A DNA stretch of 64,000 nucleotides from Macrostomum lignano (lineage: Eukaryota): contig NIVC01000001.1 in the NCBI GenBank assembly GCA_002269645.1, forward strand, positions 2,108,001-2,172,000, read 5' to 3'. Position numbers and translations under genes: made by a program. Positions 24,701-36,975 of the stretch are shown piece after piece. The notes under the pieces were generated by a model. It made no database searches. It saw nothing but the letters and a program-made list of their open reading frames with translations, and was not told the origin of the DNA. Positions within the stretch are counted from its first letter, which is position 1. Each line of letters opens with the position of its first letter.

Positions 24701-27700
24701 TCGCGGCGCGCTGCCAGGCCAAACAGTGTAGCAACCCCTTATACAGTTAATGTTGAATAGTCAGTAAATTAGAAAATAATTTTGTCGATAAAAGGTGTTG
24801 ATGGTCATGTCATGGTGATATGAGAAAAAATGTCGGACAATGAAACGCTGCGATGGTCTGTAACGACCCTAAGACATTTTTTAAACCCAACCATAAATCT
24901 AGCGCGTTTTTTTATCGGGCAATGCGTACTGCAGACTAACTACTTTGATCAATACATTAAGTAAAGTTTCAAAAATCGGTTTCGCTCCTGATTCATTAAC
25001 TGTAAAATCGTATATGCGCTACTGTGTGCCAATATTGATTTGTTGCCTTGAAATTTGCATTAACTGCAATCTACTGAAGACCAGCTAAATTTCTTATTAG
25101 TGCAATAAAATCATTCCAGGCAAACACTTCGAGATTCTCCCCAAGGAAATCCCATAAGAATCTCCCCAAGGAAACACCTTGAGAATCTTCCCAGGGAAAC
25201 CCCTTAAGAATCTCGTCAAGGAAACCTTTTAGTAATCTCGTCAAGGAAATTCCTTGAGAATCGCCCGATGGAAACGCCTTAGTTATCTCCCCAAGGAAGC
25301 CCCTTGAGAATCTCCCCAAGAAAACCCCTTGAGAATCTTCCCAGGGAAACGCCTTAGAAATCTCCCCAAGGAAGTCCCTTGAGAATCTCCCCAAGGAAAC
25401 TCCTTGAGAATCTCCCCAAGGAAATCCGTTAGGAATCTCCCCAAGGAAACCCGTTAGGAATCTCCCCAAGGAAACTTGTTAGGAATCTCCCCAAGGAAAC
25501 CCGTTAGGAATCTCCCCAATGAAATCCGTCAGGAATCTCCCCAAGGAAACCCGTTAGGAATCTCCCCAAGGAAACCTGTTAGGAATCTCCCCAAAGAAAC
25601 CCCTTAGGAATCTCCCCTAGGAAACCCGTTAGGAATGTCCCCAAAGAAACCCCTTAGGAATCTCCCCAAGGAAACCCCTTGAGAATCTCTCCAAGGAAAC
25701 GCCTTAAGAATCTCCCCAAGGAAACCTGTTAGGAATCTCCCCAATGAAATCCGTTAGGAATGTCCCCAAGGAAACCCCTAAGGAATCTCCCCAAGGAAAC
25801 CCCTTGAGAATTGCCCGAAGGAAACGCCTTAGGAATCTCCCCAAGGAGGCCCCTTAAGAATCTCCCCTAGGAAACCTGTTAGGAATCCCCCCAAGGAAAT
25901 CTCTTAAGAATCTCCCCAAGGAAACCCCTTGCGAATCTTCCTAGGGAAACCCCTTAAGAATCTTCCCCAAAGAAACCCTCAAACTGTTTATTAAAACAGC
26001 CCTTACAAAAACTTCCGCGCCCTCAGTTCGAGAAGGACGACAAAGAGTGGATTCTGGCAGCCAGCGCGGCGGACATCAACGCAATGCGCAAGATGCTGGC
26101 CACCGTTGGCGGATCAACCGGCAGCGGCGGCAACTCCTGCAAGCGGATGGTGAATTATCGATTCCCGTTCAATGGCTTCACGGCGTTGCACTTTGCCGCT
26201 AAACTCGACAATGCGAGGTGCTGCCAGTTCCTGCTGGAAAACGGGGCCGATCCAGATGCCAAGACTTATGTGAGCTCATTGGTTATCTGGTCTGCCCTGC
26301 ATATCCCCTCTCGTGTCTGTTATACCCCTCTATTGTCTGTTCTATCCCCTCTCGTATCTATTCTATCCCCCTCGTGTCTATTTTATTCCCTCTAGTGTCT
26401 ATTCTATTCCCCCTCGTGTCTATTCTATTCCCCCTCGTGTCTATTCTATTCCCCATCGTGTCTATTCTATTCCCTATAGTGTCTATTCTATTCCCCCTCG
26501 TGTCTATTCTATTCCCCCTCGTATCTATTCTATTCCCCCTCGTGTCTATTCTATTCCCTATAGTGTCTATTCTATTCCCCCTCGTGTCTATTTTATTCCC
26601 TCTAGTGTCTATTCTATTCCCCCTCGTGTCTATTCTATTCCCCCTCGTGTCTATTCTATTCCCCATCGTGTCTATTCTATTCCCTATAGTGTCTATTCTA
26701 TTCCCCCTCGTGTCTATTCTATTCCCCCTCGTATCTATTCTATTCCCCCTCGTGTCTATTCTATTCCCTATAGTGTCTATTCTATTCCCCTCGTGTCTAT
26801 TCTATGCCCTATAGTGTCTTTTCTATTCCCCTCGTGTCTATTCTATTCCCTCAAGTGTCTATTTTATCCCCTCTCGTATCTATTCTATCCCCCCCTCGTA
26901 TCTATTCTATCCCCCCTCGTGTCTATTCTATTCCCTCTAGTGTCTATTCTATCCCCTCTCGTATCTATTCTATCCCCCCTCGTGTCTATTCTATTCCGTC
27001 TAGTGTCTATTCTATTCTATTCTATTCTATTCTATTCTAAGTCTATTCTATTCCCTCTAGTGTCTATTCTATCCCCTCTCGTATCTATTCTATCCCCCCT
27101 CGTGTCTATTCTATTCCGTCTAGTGTCTATTCTATTCTATTCTATTCTATTCTATTCTATTCTAAGTCTATTCTATTCCCTCTAGTGTCTATTCTTTCCT
27201 CTCTGTTATTTATTTAAATCTTTTACTCGTCAATTCTGCACCTATCCACATTTATGCCCCTCTTCAGGCGGGCCAGACGCCTCTGCACTTGGCCTATTTA
27301 CAAGAATGTCGGAAAGCTGTGGAACTTCTTCTAAAGCAGCCATGTAAATCAATTTAAAGTTTTGCATAGGGAGAATGGAGACTCTGAGATAGATGGGAGG
27401 TAGACATCGAGATGATTTTAGGTAGACAGTGGGGAGATGGGAGGTAGACAGTGAGGAGATAGGAGGTAGACAGTGGGGAGATGGGAGGTAGACAGTGAGG
27501 AGATGGGAGGTAGACAGTGAGGAGATGGGAGGTAGACAGTGAGGAGATGGGAGGTAGACAGTGAGGAGATGGGAGGTAGACAGTGAGGAGATGTGAGGTA
27601 GACAGTGAGGAGATGTGAGGTAGACAGTGAGGAGATGGGAGGTAGACAGTGAGGAGATGGGAGGTAGACAGTGAGGAGATAAGAGGTAGACAGTGGGGAG

Positions 27701-28426
27701 ATGGGAGGTAGACAGTGAGGAGATGGGAGGTAGACAGTGATTGGGGTTGAGAGATAGGCAGGTTAAGGATAAATTAGAAGTACCGTAGATAGGGATAAGC
27801 AGCGTGAGAGGAAATAGGAGTCGGGATTTCTGTGATGGCAGCTCAACGCTCCTTCCCCCTCTTCCCTGCCAGGCCGAGCTTCGCACACGCCTGACTACTC
27901 CGGCAAGCTGCCGCACGAGCTGATCCGCAATCGCGAGGCATTCTCGGACATTCTGTGTAAGCTACCGCCCGCCCCAGGCAGCGGAGGCTCCCAGTCCCAA
28001 TGCCTGCTGCTCGACCCCTCCCTGGCCGCCTCCCTCGCCGCCGCCTCCGCCGCCGCCTCCTCGTTGAATGCGGCCAATCGTCGGGGTAGCTTAGTGTCCA
28101 GTTTTGGCGGCGGCGGCGGCGGCAGCCGGCCACAGCGGTGGCTGTCGCAGGCCAATCAGCTGATCTATCAGTCCATGCGCCGGCGGCAGTCTAACTTTAA
28201 CCAAGCCGCCAGCCTTTCCAGTCATAGGAATCATAGCAATTCGAATAATGTTGGCAGCGCATTGAGTATTGTTCACCTCACTGGTATTAGCGAGTCGGCT
28301 TCTGTGCAGCCGGACTCCGCTACTGGAGTTGCTGGCTTTGATGCCGAACAGCAGCTGCCCTCCAGGCTGATGCTGCGCCGCCACAGCTGCTCAGAGTTGT
28401 GCACTGAGCATTCTCATGAGCAGTAG
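21738..28426 (+). CDS. Ankyrin-repeat protein, SOWAH-like (424 aa); exons 21738-21821, 22767-23084, 26027-26269, 27268-27343, 27873-28426
   Basis: Ankyrin motifs GFTALHFAAK...LLENGADPDAKT and GQTPLHLAY...VELLL, KEWILAAS helix and PDYSGKLP tail resemble SOWAH proteins (from memory). All five exons join in phase to a 1275-nt ORF with GT-AG introns. Confidence 0.8.
21920..22660. repeat. 30-bp minisatellite (TGCAGTGTGAATGAGTCTGATGCAGCTGGG), SOWAH-like intron 1
   Basis: About 24 units; explains the read-through ORF 21738..22664. Confidence 0.96.
23205..24548. repeat. 32-bp minisatellite (CCGCCAGTGTCTCTTTGATCTATTCAATTC(C/T)A), SOWAH-like intron 2
   Basis: About 40 contiguous units with no spacers. 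Confidence 0.96.
25125..25978. repeat. 25-bp minisatellite (AGGAATCTCCCCAAGGAAACCCGTT), SOWAH-like intron 2
   Basis: Diverged tandem units. Confidence 0.92.
26320..27200. repeat. 21-bp minisatellite (TATTCTATTCCCCCTCGTGTC) with (TATTC)n patches, SOWAH-like intron 3
   Basis: Tandem units with higher-order block duplication. Confidence 0.95.
27385..27740. repeat. 22-bp minisatellite (ATGGGAGGTAGACAGTGAGGAG), SOWAH-like intron 4
   Basis: Tandem purine-rich units. Confidence 0.94.
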
Positions 28427-28479
28427 CTTTAGCTCCGGGTTAGAGATTCGATGAGCAGATATATGGATTGTGAGAATAG

Positions 28480-28830
28480 ATACATAAATTGAGAGAATAG
28501 AGAGATAAACTGGAAGAATAGATAGACTGAGAAAATTGAGAGATAAACTGAGAAAATAGAGAGATAAACTGAGAGAATAGAGAGATAAACTGAGAGAATA
28601 GAGAGATAAACTGAGAGAATAGAGAGATAAACTGAGAGAATAGAGAGAAACTGAGAGAATAAAGAAATAAACTGCTAGAATAGAGATTAACTGATAGAAT
28701 AGAGATTAACTGAGAGAATAGATAAATTAGAGAAATAAACTGGGAGAATAGAGAGATAAACTGAGAGAATAGAGAGAAGAACCGAGAGAATAGATAAATA
28801 ACTGAAGGAAAGGAGAGATAACCTGAGAAT
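28480..28830. repeat. 21-bp minisatellite (GAGATAAACTGAGAGAATAGA)
   Basis: Tandem units just 3' of the SOWAH-like stop codon. Confidence 0.9.
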
Positions 28831-29429
28831 AGCGAATGCACAGTGAACTGAATCATTTTAAAGCTTATCTAGTCAACTCGTAATGCGCAAAATTTTATTT
28901 ATAATTTTTCATGTGCCTACTGGTAACTTATAACTGTAAAAAGCTACTTTTATTTTTCGTTTTAGTGAATTTTTGTAAAAACAAATGGACCAAATAATCT
29001 CAACTGTTTTAAGTCGCAAGTTAAAATTTGTTTTAACCTTTCAATCTCTTATCTGATTCCCAAATCTTCCCAACTGCGCCAATTATTACCCAACAACAAC
29101 AATATTCGGAAATCTGGGATCTGGAAAAACACACGTTGACAAAGTAACCACTAAGCAGGTAAAATCATACTTTAATCGTATCACTCGTATCACTACACAC
29201 CTATCCATTTCCTTTGTTTCTTTATTAGCCTTTGTCACGTCTGTTTGGATTGCGGCTTTGAGTGTACTTGCAGCAGATCTTCTGCAGTTGTCCTGCATTT
29301 TGTTGTGCACTCCCGCCTGCTTATGGCACTAGGGTTTTGAAACCTTTAGTAGTTCTCTTTTTATCTTACCGAGCGATATTTTATGTGAGTTATTACACTA
29401 CTACCTTAAGGCTACTGCTTGGATTACGG

Positions 29430-29925
29430 TGAGCTTTTAAGGCTACAGGTTAGATTAGAGGGAGATTTTAAGGTTACAGGTTAGATTAGGGTGAGATTTT
29501 GGGGCTACAGGTTAGATCAGGGTGAGATTTTGGGGCTACAGGTTAGATCAGTTGGAGATTTTGAAGCTACAGGTTAGATCAGGGTGAGATTTTGAGGCTA
29601 CAGGTTAGATTAGGGTGAGATTTTGGGGCTACAGGTTAGATCAGGGGGGATATTTTAGGGCTACAGGTTAGATCAGGGTGAGATTTTGGGGCTACAGGTT
29701 AGATCAGGGGGAGATTTTGGGGCTACAGGTTAGATCAGGGTGAGATTTTGGGGCTACAGGTTAGATCAGGGGGAGATTTTGGGGCTACAGGTTAGATCAG
29801 GGTGAGATTTTAAAGCTACAAGTTACATTAGGAGGAAATTTTAAGGCTGCAGGTTACATAGGGTGAGATTTTGAGGCTACAGGTTAGGTTAGGGTGAGAT
29901 TTTGGGGCTACAGGTTTGTTGGGTG
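29430..29925. repeat. 31-bp minisatellite (GGCTACAGGTTAGATCAGGGTGAGATTTTGG)
   Basis: Tandem units that degenerate at both ends. Confidence 0.93.
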
Positions 29926-30169
29926 AGATATTTCAAGGCTATTTCTTCGGTTAAGCTCACTGATACAAAGTTTTCTCCTTGGGGTTATTTATTAAATTTT
30001 ATTCAAACCGTTAAGTACATCAGACGGGGCACTCGCCGTTGTCGTAGAGTCGTAGTCTCGGTGACTTGGTGGTCAAATTCTACTGCATGCCCTCTGTGTA
30101 GTGTGCCGCTTCTGCATTTGGTGTTCGCTTGCTTATCATTTTTCCTCATATTGTATTAGCATTTTATGG

Positions 30170-30535
30170 GGAGGGTAGTGACAGCCAGCTGTGCACATTA
30201 GGGGAGGGTTGCGACAGCCAGTTGTGCACATTAGGGGAGGGTTGCGACAGCCAGTTGAGGACATTAGGGGCGGGTAGCGACAGCCAGTTGAGGACAATGG
30301 GGAGGGTAGTGACAGACAGTTGATGACATTAGGGGAGGGTTGCGACAGCCAGTTGAGGACATTAGGGGAGGGTTGCGACAGCCAGTTGAGGACATTAGGG
30401 GAGGGTTGCGACAGCCAGTTAAGGACATTAGGGGAGGGTTGCGACAGCCAGTTGAGGACATTAGGGGAGGGTTGCGACAGCCAGTTGAGGACATTAGGGG
30501 AAGGTTGCGACAGCCAGTTGAGGACATTGGGGGAC
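30170..30535. repeat. 33-bp minisatellite (GACATTAGGGGAGGGTTGCGACAGCCAGTTGAG)
   Basis: About 11 units. Confidence 0.94.
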
Positions 30536-30753
30536 TGTGAGTCATGTTTCCCACTATGATATGGTCAACCCCCTGCTTAAAGTTTCCTTAGTAAGAGCTT
30601 ACTAACCTGTACAGTATCGCGCTGTTATAGGTACTTTTACTCTATGCACGTTGTACTATTTTGTGTTTAAACTTTTATCAAAGCTCGTTTTCATTGCGGA
30701 TTGTGTGTGTAACACATTGACTATTTCCTGCTCTGCTTCCCCATCTCTGCCAG

Positions 30754-33700
30754 CAGACAAAAGCACCGCACCGGCCATGGAGAAGCGCGGCTCATTCCTT
30801 GGCGAGCTGCCAAGCAATCGGTCTTATCGAGGCGACGATGGCGGCAGCTTCCACGGCGCTATCGCCGGCGGCGGCGGAGGCGGCGGCGCGGCGGCTTTGA
30901 GCTCCTCCTGGCTGTCTGGCGTCCGTGCCTCCTTCCGCGGCAAGTCAGGCAGCCAGCCGAAGCTCTCGCATCAGACTGGGCGGGTGGCGGTGAGTGACTA
31001 GTGGCTGAAAGTGCGAGTCTGGATGCAGAACTGTACAACCTCATCTGTCATGCGAGATGCGGGGTTGTAAAACTCTCCTATCGGTCGTATGTGAAATTGT
31101 AAATACCTCTATCTGTCTTTGCTCTACACCTGTAGAAGCCTCTATCAATCCTGTAGAAGTCTCTATCAGTCCTGCAGAGAGTTCTGTAGAAGCCTCTATC
31201 AATTCTGTAGAAGCCTCTATCAATTCTGTAAAAGCCTCTATCAATCCTGTAGAAGCCTCCATCAATCCTGTAGAAGCCTCTATCAGTCATGTAGAAGCCT
31301 TGTCAATCATGTAGAAGCCTCTATCAATCATGTAGAAGCCTCAATCAGTCCTGTAGAAGTCTATCAGTCCTGCAGAGAGTCCTGTAGAAGCCTCTATCAA
31401 CTCTGTAGAAGCCTCTATCAATTCTGTAGAAGCCTCCATCAATCCTGTAGAAGCCTCTGTCAATTCTGTAGAAGCCTCTGTCAATTCTGTAGAAGCCTCT
31501 ATCAATTCTGTAGGAGCCTCTATCAATCCTGTAGGAGCCTCTATCAATCCTGTAGAAGCCTCTATCAATCCTGTAGAAGCCTCTATCAATCCTGTAGAAG
31601 CCTCTATCAATCCTGTAGAAGCCTCCATCAATCCTGTAGAAGCCTCTATCAATCCTGTAGAAGCCTCTATCAATCCTGTAGAAGCCTCTATCCAACGAAG
31701 CGCTAACTCGCACATACGCACAAACAATATTAAGGCTCTACTGTCGGCATTGAACAAGTTCAACGACTAAAAGCAACTGATTAATTTGATTGGTTGGTTT
31801 GGGTTTGAGTAAAATAATTAGGCAGTAAGTCAGTCATTGTTTCTTGAAATTGGTAAGCATTTTTTATGCAGTGCCTAAAGTGCAAACATTGCTACATACG
31901 GAGAGAGAATAGACGCCGCAATATGAGCTCTACCTGTCAGTGCTTTGCTTGCATGCCCCTCGTATACCTGGAATCCCTGCTAAACAATATCAGATGAACT
32001 GGCTATATGACCCGTCTAAATACAGTACGCGATGTGCTTTCATTATTTCAGTCAATTCGGAACAAGGGCGACTGAAAAGCTTGTGCATCATTTCATGCCG
32101 CTGCAATTCACACAGCACAGGCAGTAACCATGACAACCATAAGCGCAATATAGAGTTCTCAATTAGTTGCGGTTTTTAGCATTAAAACAAATGCTTTGAA
32201 ATTAATTATAACAAATTATTGCTGTGTTCTTTTATTACTCCACTGTTTAAATCGGAGTTTTAAAACAGTTGGGCAAGTAACATAATCACTGATTGATGAA
32301 ATCATGACACATCCAAGAAATACTGATTGCTTATATCGCTTGCTTTAATAAGTTACAGATATTGCAATAATTAATTTAACGCGTGCCAAATTTTGTATTT
32401 AAGATTAACGCCTTTTGTTCTAATTAATTGTGTATTCAATAGTTCCCTTCTACTTTGTATTTTTATATTGTCAATTATAAATTCATGCTTAAGTGTCTAA
32501 TAACTACACCAGGTACTAGGTGTAAAGAGGAGAGATTATAAGATCACTGCTTAATAAGGTCACTCCGTGAAAATAATGTTAAGCTATGAATTGGTCATTT
32601 AACAACCTAGGGTCTAACTTAATGTACATTAACTCCTACCCTAATCACGAAACATCACGTGCTTGTCACGTGATTCTCTCCCCATAGCCATGATGGCAAA
32701 CAGATCAGGTGCTTGTCACGTGATTCTCTCCCCATAGCCATGATGGCAAACAGATCAGGTGCTTGTCACGTGATTCTCTCCCCATAGCCATGATGGCAAA
32801 CAGATCAGGTGCTTGTCACGTGATTCTCTCCCCATAGCCATGATGGCAAACAGATCAGGTGCTTGTCACGTGATTCTCTCCCCATAGCCATGATGGCAAA
32901 CAGATCAGGTGCTTGTCACGTGATTCTCTCCCCATAGCCATGATGGCAAACAGATCAGGTGCTTGTCACGTGATTCTCTCCCATAGCCATGATAGGAAAC
33001 AGATCACGTGCTTGTCACGTGATTCTCTCCCATAGCCATGATAGGAAACAGATCACGTGCTTGTCACGTGATTCTCTCCCCATACAGCCATGATAGGAAA
33101 CAGATCACGTGCTTGTCACGTGATTCTCTCCCATAGCCATTATAGGAAACAGATCACGTGCTTGTCACGTGATTCTCTCCTATAGCCATGATAGGAAACA
33201 GATCACGTGCTTGTCACGTGATTCTCTCCCCATACAGCCATGATAGGAAACAGATCACGTGCTTGTCACGTGATTCTCTCCCATAGCCATGATAGGAAAC
33301 AGATCACGTGCTTGTCACGTGATTCTCTCCCCACACAGCCATGATAGGAAACAGATCACGTGCTTGTCACGTGATTCTCTCCCCATAGCCATTATAGCAA
33401 ACAGGTGGCGTGCGTTCCACGTGATCCTCCTCATACGTCAGTATGATTCGCCAAAATTCCTCGTAAAAATGATAGCGAAATATAGATCACGTGTCTGTCA
33501 CGTGACGTCTTTCAAAATAATTAGCATTTGTTTTTCCTTACTAGCTACTACATAGAAAGTACAGTAGTATTGATTATTTTAGGCAGAAGCAGCAAGTAGC
33601 AACATCTCGCTTTAAATTATAACATTTTCTAACCAGAGTCAGATAGATACCGATATTTATAGAGTGAAGTGCTTTACAGTGCTCAACCTTCCTACCTGGC

Positions 33701-33956
33701 CCCGCAGTCTTCGCCCGCCGCTGCCACCATCGCTGCGGCGACAATCCTTCTGACCAGATCCAAGCGCACTCATTCCACTACTCATCAGCAACAGCCGCCG
33801 CCACAGCCGCCGCCCGGCCAGCTCGGCGGCAGCATTCTAGACAGACTAGCCGGCCCAGATTCCCAGCATCATCAGCATCATCATCACAAATTACCCTGGC
33901 GCGCCCATTCCGACGCTAAGAAGAAGCAGAGTAGATTGTCGAAAAAGACGCTTTAA
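30754..33956 (+). CDS. Unidentified gene: GC-rich low-complexity exons 30754-30989 and about 33679-33956
   Basis: Good acceptor and donor (ccag|...GCG|gtgagt) around MEKRGSFLGELPSNRSYRG...; candidate terminal exon AQPSYLAPQSS...HHQHHHHKLPWRAHSDAKKKQSRLSKKTL*. Codon style matches the other exons, but the linking exons and domain identity are unresolved. Confidence 0.35.
31130..31692. repeat. 21-bp minisatellite (TGTAGAAGCCTCTATCAATCC)
   Basis: Tandem units. Confidence 0.94.
32645..33425. repeat. ~50-bp minisatellite containing TCACGTGA
   Basis: About 15 units (CAGATCA(G/C)GTGCTTGTCACGTGATTCTCTCCCCATAGCCATGAT...), two sub-variants in sequential blocks. Confidence 0.95.
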
Positions 33957-34762
33957 AGCTCTTAAATTTCGCGCTATTGTAATAATTATAATAAAAAGTT
34001 GCTATCATATACTACTTTTCGTTAATTTTAAGCATTATAAGTGCGCATGATTGCCTAAATTTGTTGTCAATCATACTCGTGTATTGAATAATTCAATTTG
34101 CCAAAACTCTTGAATTCAACTTGCTTCAATAGTTAAAATTGACCCAATTGACTGCTTCCTCTTATCGGACGTGAGCGGCGCTACTACTCACAGTACCTCA
34201 TGTTTTAACAGTTCAATTATAATAAATACATGCTTTGCGCAGTTTTATACTCCCATTGACTGATTGCTTTTGGATTTTTATTCATTTATTCTCACTACTG
34301 CTCTCTGTTGTATTGTGCTTTTTATAAACAATAAATGTTACTATTGTGGCAGTCAAGATTTTATAACTGCGCAATCATTTTTTAGTTGCTCGTTTTCATT
34401 TCAACTTGTAAGGTAATATTTAATTTCGCAGAAAGGCTGCGGGGCGCTGGCCCATTCCAGGCGTCGTCAGGCGTGTACAGTCTTCTACAGTTTCCAGTTT
34501 AAGAATAAGTTGGTTATCTGTACAGATAAATGCACAGTGGATAAAAGCATGTATTGAATTGATTATTTAATCTGATTCCACAGGCAGCGCTGCTGTTCAC
34601 ACTTCAGTAACCATTTCAGCCATCGGCTGCAAATCGACTCAGATTTCGCCCGGCGTTGGCGTTTTCGTCGACCTTGACGATGCTGTTGCTACGGCAACAG
34701 ATGCCCACGGAAGTGATGACGTAAATGGCGTTGGTAGATGTGCTGGTGGGGACGATTGTAGC

Positions 34763-36521
34763 ATGGGCGCAGTCGGCGATGACGTCATCGGTTCCATCAG
34801 TTGTAACGTTATCGATGCGACCGGTAGTGACGTCATCGGCCAGAATGATAGTGACGTCATCAATTCCCGCAGTGACGTCATCGGTCAGAATGATAGTGAC
34901 GTCATCAATTCCCGCAGTGACGTCATCGGCCAGAGTGATAATGACGTAATCAATCCCCACAGTGAAGTCATCGGTCAGAATAATAGTGACGTCATAAATG
35001 CCAACAGAAAGCGACCAGGTGGGGGGCATCGCGAACGCCGGCGCCAGATTAAAAAGCGACAGAGACAGTTTCGACGCCAAGCCGCCGCTGTGGCCGCGAA
35101 AGCGTCGATAGATGGGAAAGGCGGAGTCGATGAGGAGAATCAAGAGAACGCCGAGTCCGCTCTGGCTCGAGAAGCTGCCGCGGCTGCGGCTGACGCGGCC
35201 TGGCGCCAGCGAGAGGCGGAGGCGGCTGCGGCCATCGCCGAACGACGCGCCCAGCTGGAGGCTCAACAGCGCCGACAGCGCGACCTGGCGGAGACGAATC
35301 GAGCCCGGTACCGCGAGTGGAGAGCGAATCTGGCCAGGAAGCAGGTTGGGGCATTGTCAGCCTATCGAATGCATATAATGCTTATAGTGCCCCTAATCAT
35401 TACTAGTGTTGACTAGCAATGAGCGCCCCCCGTTGTGGAGCCAACAAAAAATTGAATTAATTTTTTTGAATAAACTACATTTAGCTTTTGACCTCTCAGC
35501 CTCACTTCAAAGCAATTCCCCCTGTAAGTATTGACATCTCAGCAATTCCCCCTGTAAGTATTGACATCTCAGCAATTCCCCCTGTAAGTATTGACATCTC
35601 AGCAATTCCCCCTGTCAGCCTTGACATCTCAGCAATTCCCCCCGTCAGCCTTGACATCTCAGCAATTCCCCCCGTCAGCCTTGACATCTCAGCAATTCCC
35701 CATGCAAGCCTTGACATCTCAGCAATTCCCCCCGTCAGCCTTGACATCTCAGCAATTCCCCCCGTCAGCCTTGACATCTCAGCAATTCCCCCCGTCAGCC
35801 TTGACATCTCAGCAATTCCCCATGCAAGCCTTGACATCTCAGCAATTCCCCCCGTCAGCCTTGACATCTCAGCAATTCCCCCCGTCAGCCTTGACATCTC
35901 AGCAATTCCCCCCGTCAGCCTTGACATCTCAGCAATTCCCCCCGTCAGCCTTGACATCTCAGCAATTCCCCCTGTAAGCCTTAAATTCGCTCGTACATTC
36001 ATGTTGAGCCACTGCGGTCTGTTTAAATTTGCTCAATTGCTTTGCAGACTGACGAGCGCCGTCGTCACGAGGCCGCGTTAAAAGCCGCCGAGGACGCCCC
36101 GGCCTCGCCTATCGTTGCCGCCAACGCCGACGCCAACTTCGGGGACGTCGACAGCAATGTCGAACGGGATCTGCTCGGCGGCAGCGCCGATCCAGATGCG
36201 CCGTTGTGCGAATTTTTTCAACGCACCGGCGCCTGTCGATTCGGCGCCAGATGCTCGCGCCGACATCCGGCGGCTGATCGCCGGGGCGCCGATACGCTGC
36301 TGTTTCCGAATTTCTACCGGCCGCCAGAAGACGGCGACTACGAAGAGTTTTTTGTCGACATAGCGGACGAGCTGAGTCGGCACGGCCGGATTCGCCGGCT
36401 GGCCACCTGCGGCAATGCGCTGCCTCACCTTCGGGGCAGCGTCTACTGTCGGTAGGACCCGCTGCAGCTGGCTTTTGGCCGCCTCATCCGCTCTGGGTCT
36501 ATGGCAGATTGAGCTTTGTTC

Positions 36522-36613
<92 letters not shown>

Positions 36614-36699
36614 GGACAGACAGATAGGCAGAGACCGATAGACAGACAGGCAGGCATACAGACAGACAGACAGACGGACAGGCAGACGGACGGACAGGC

Positions 36700-36754
<55 letters not shown>

Positions 36755-36879
36755 GACCGATAGACAGACAGGCAGGCAGACAGACAGACACAGACGAACA
36801 GACAGATAGACAGAAAAACAGACAGACAGAGACAGACAGAAAGAGACGCACAAGCAGACAGATAATCAGAGACAGACAG

Positions 36880-36911
<32 letters not shown>

Positions 36912-36943
36912 GCAGGCAGGCAGGCAGGCAAGCAGACAGACAG

Positions 36944-36975
<32 letters not shown>

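Noticed and set aside
29086-29310. 74-aa minus-strand ORF
   Set aside because: No motif, no convincing splice partners, and composition unlike the confirmed exons.
30155-30164. ATTAGCATTT as another Helitron-like end next to the 33-bp array
   Set aside because: No adjacent hairpin, and the same AT-rich word occurs elsewhere (about 33520), so it is likely chance.
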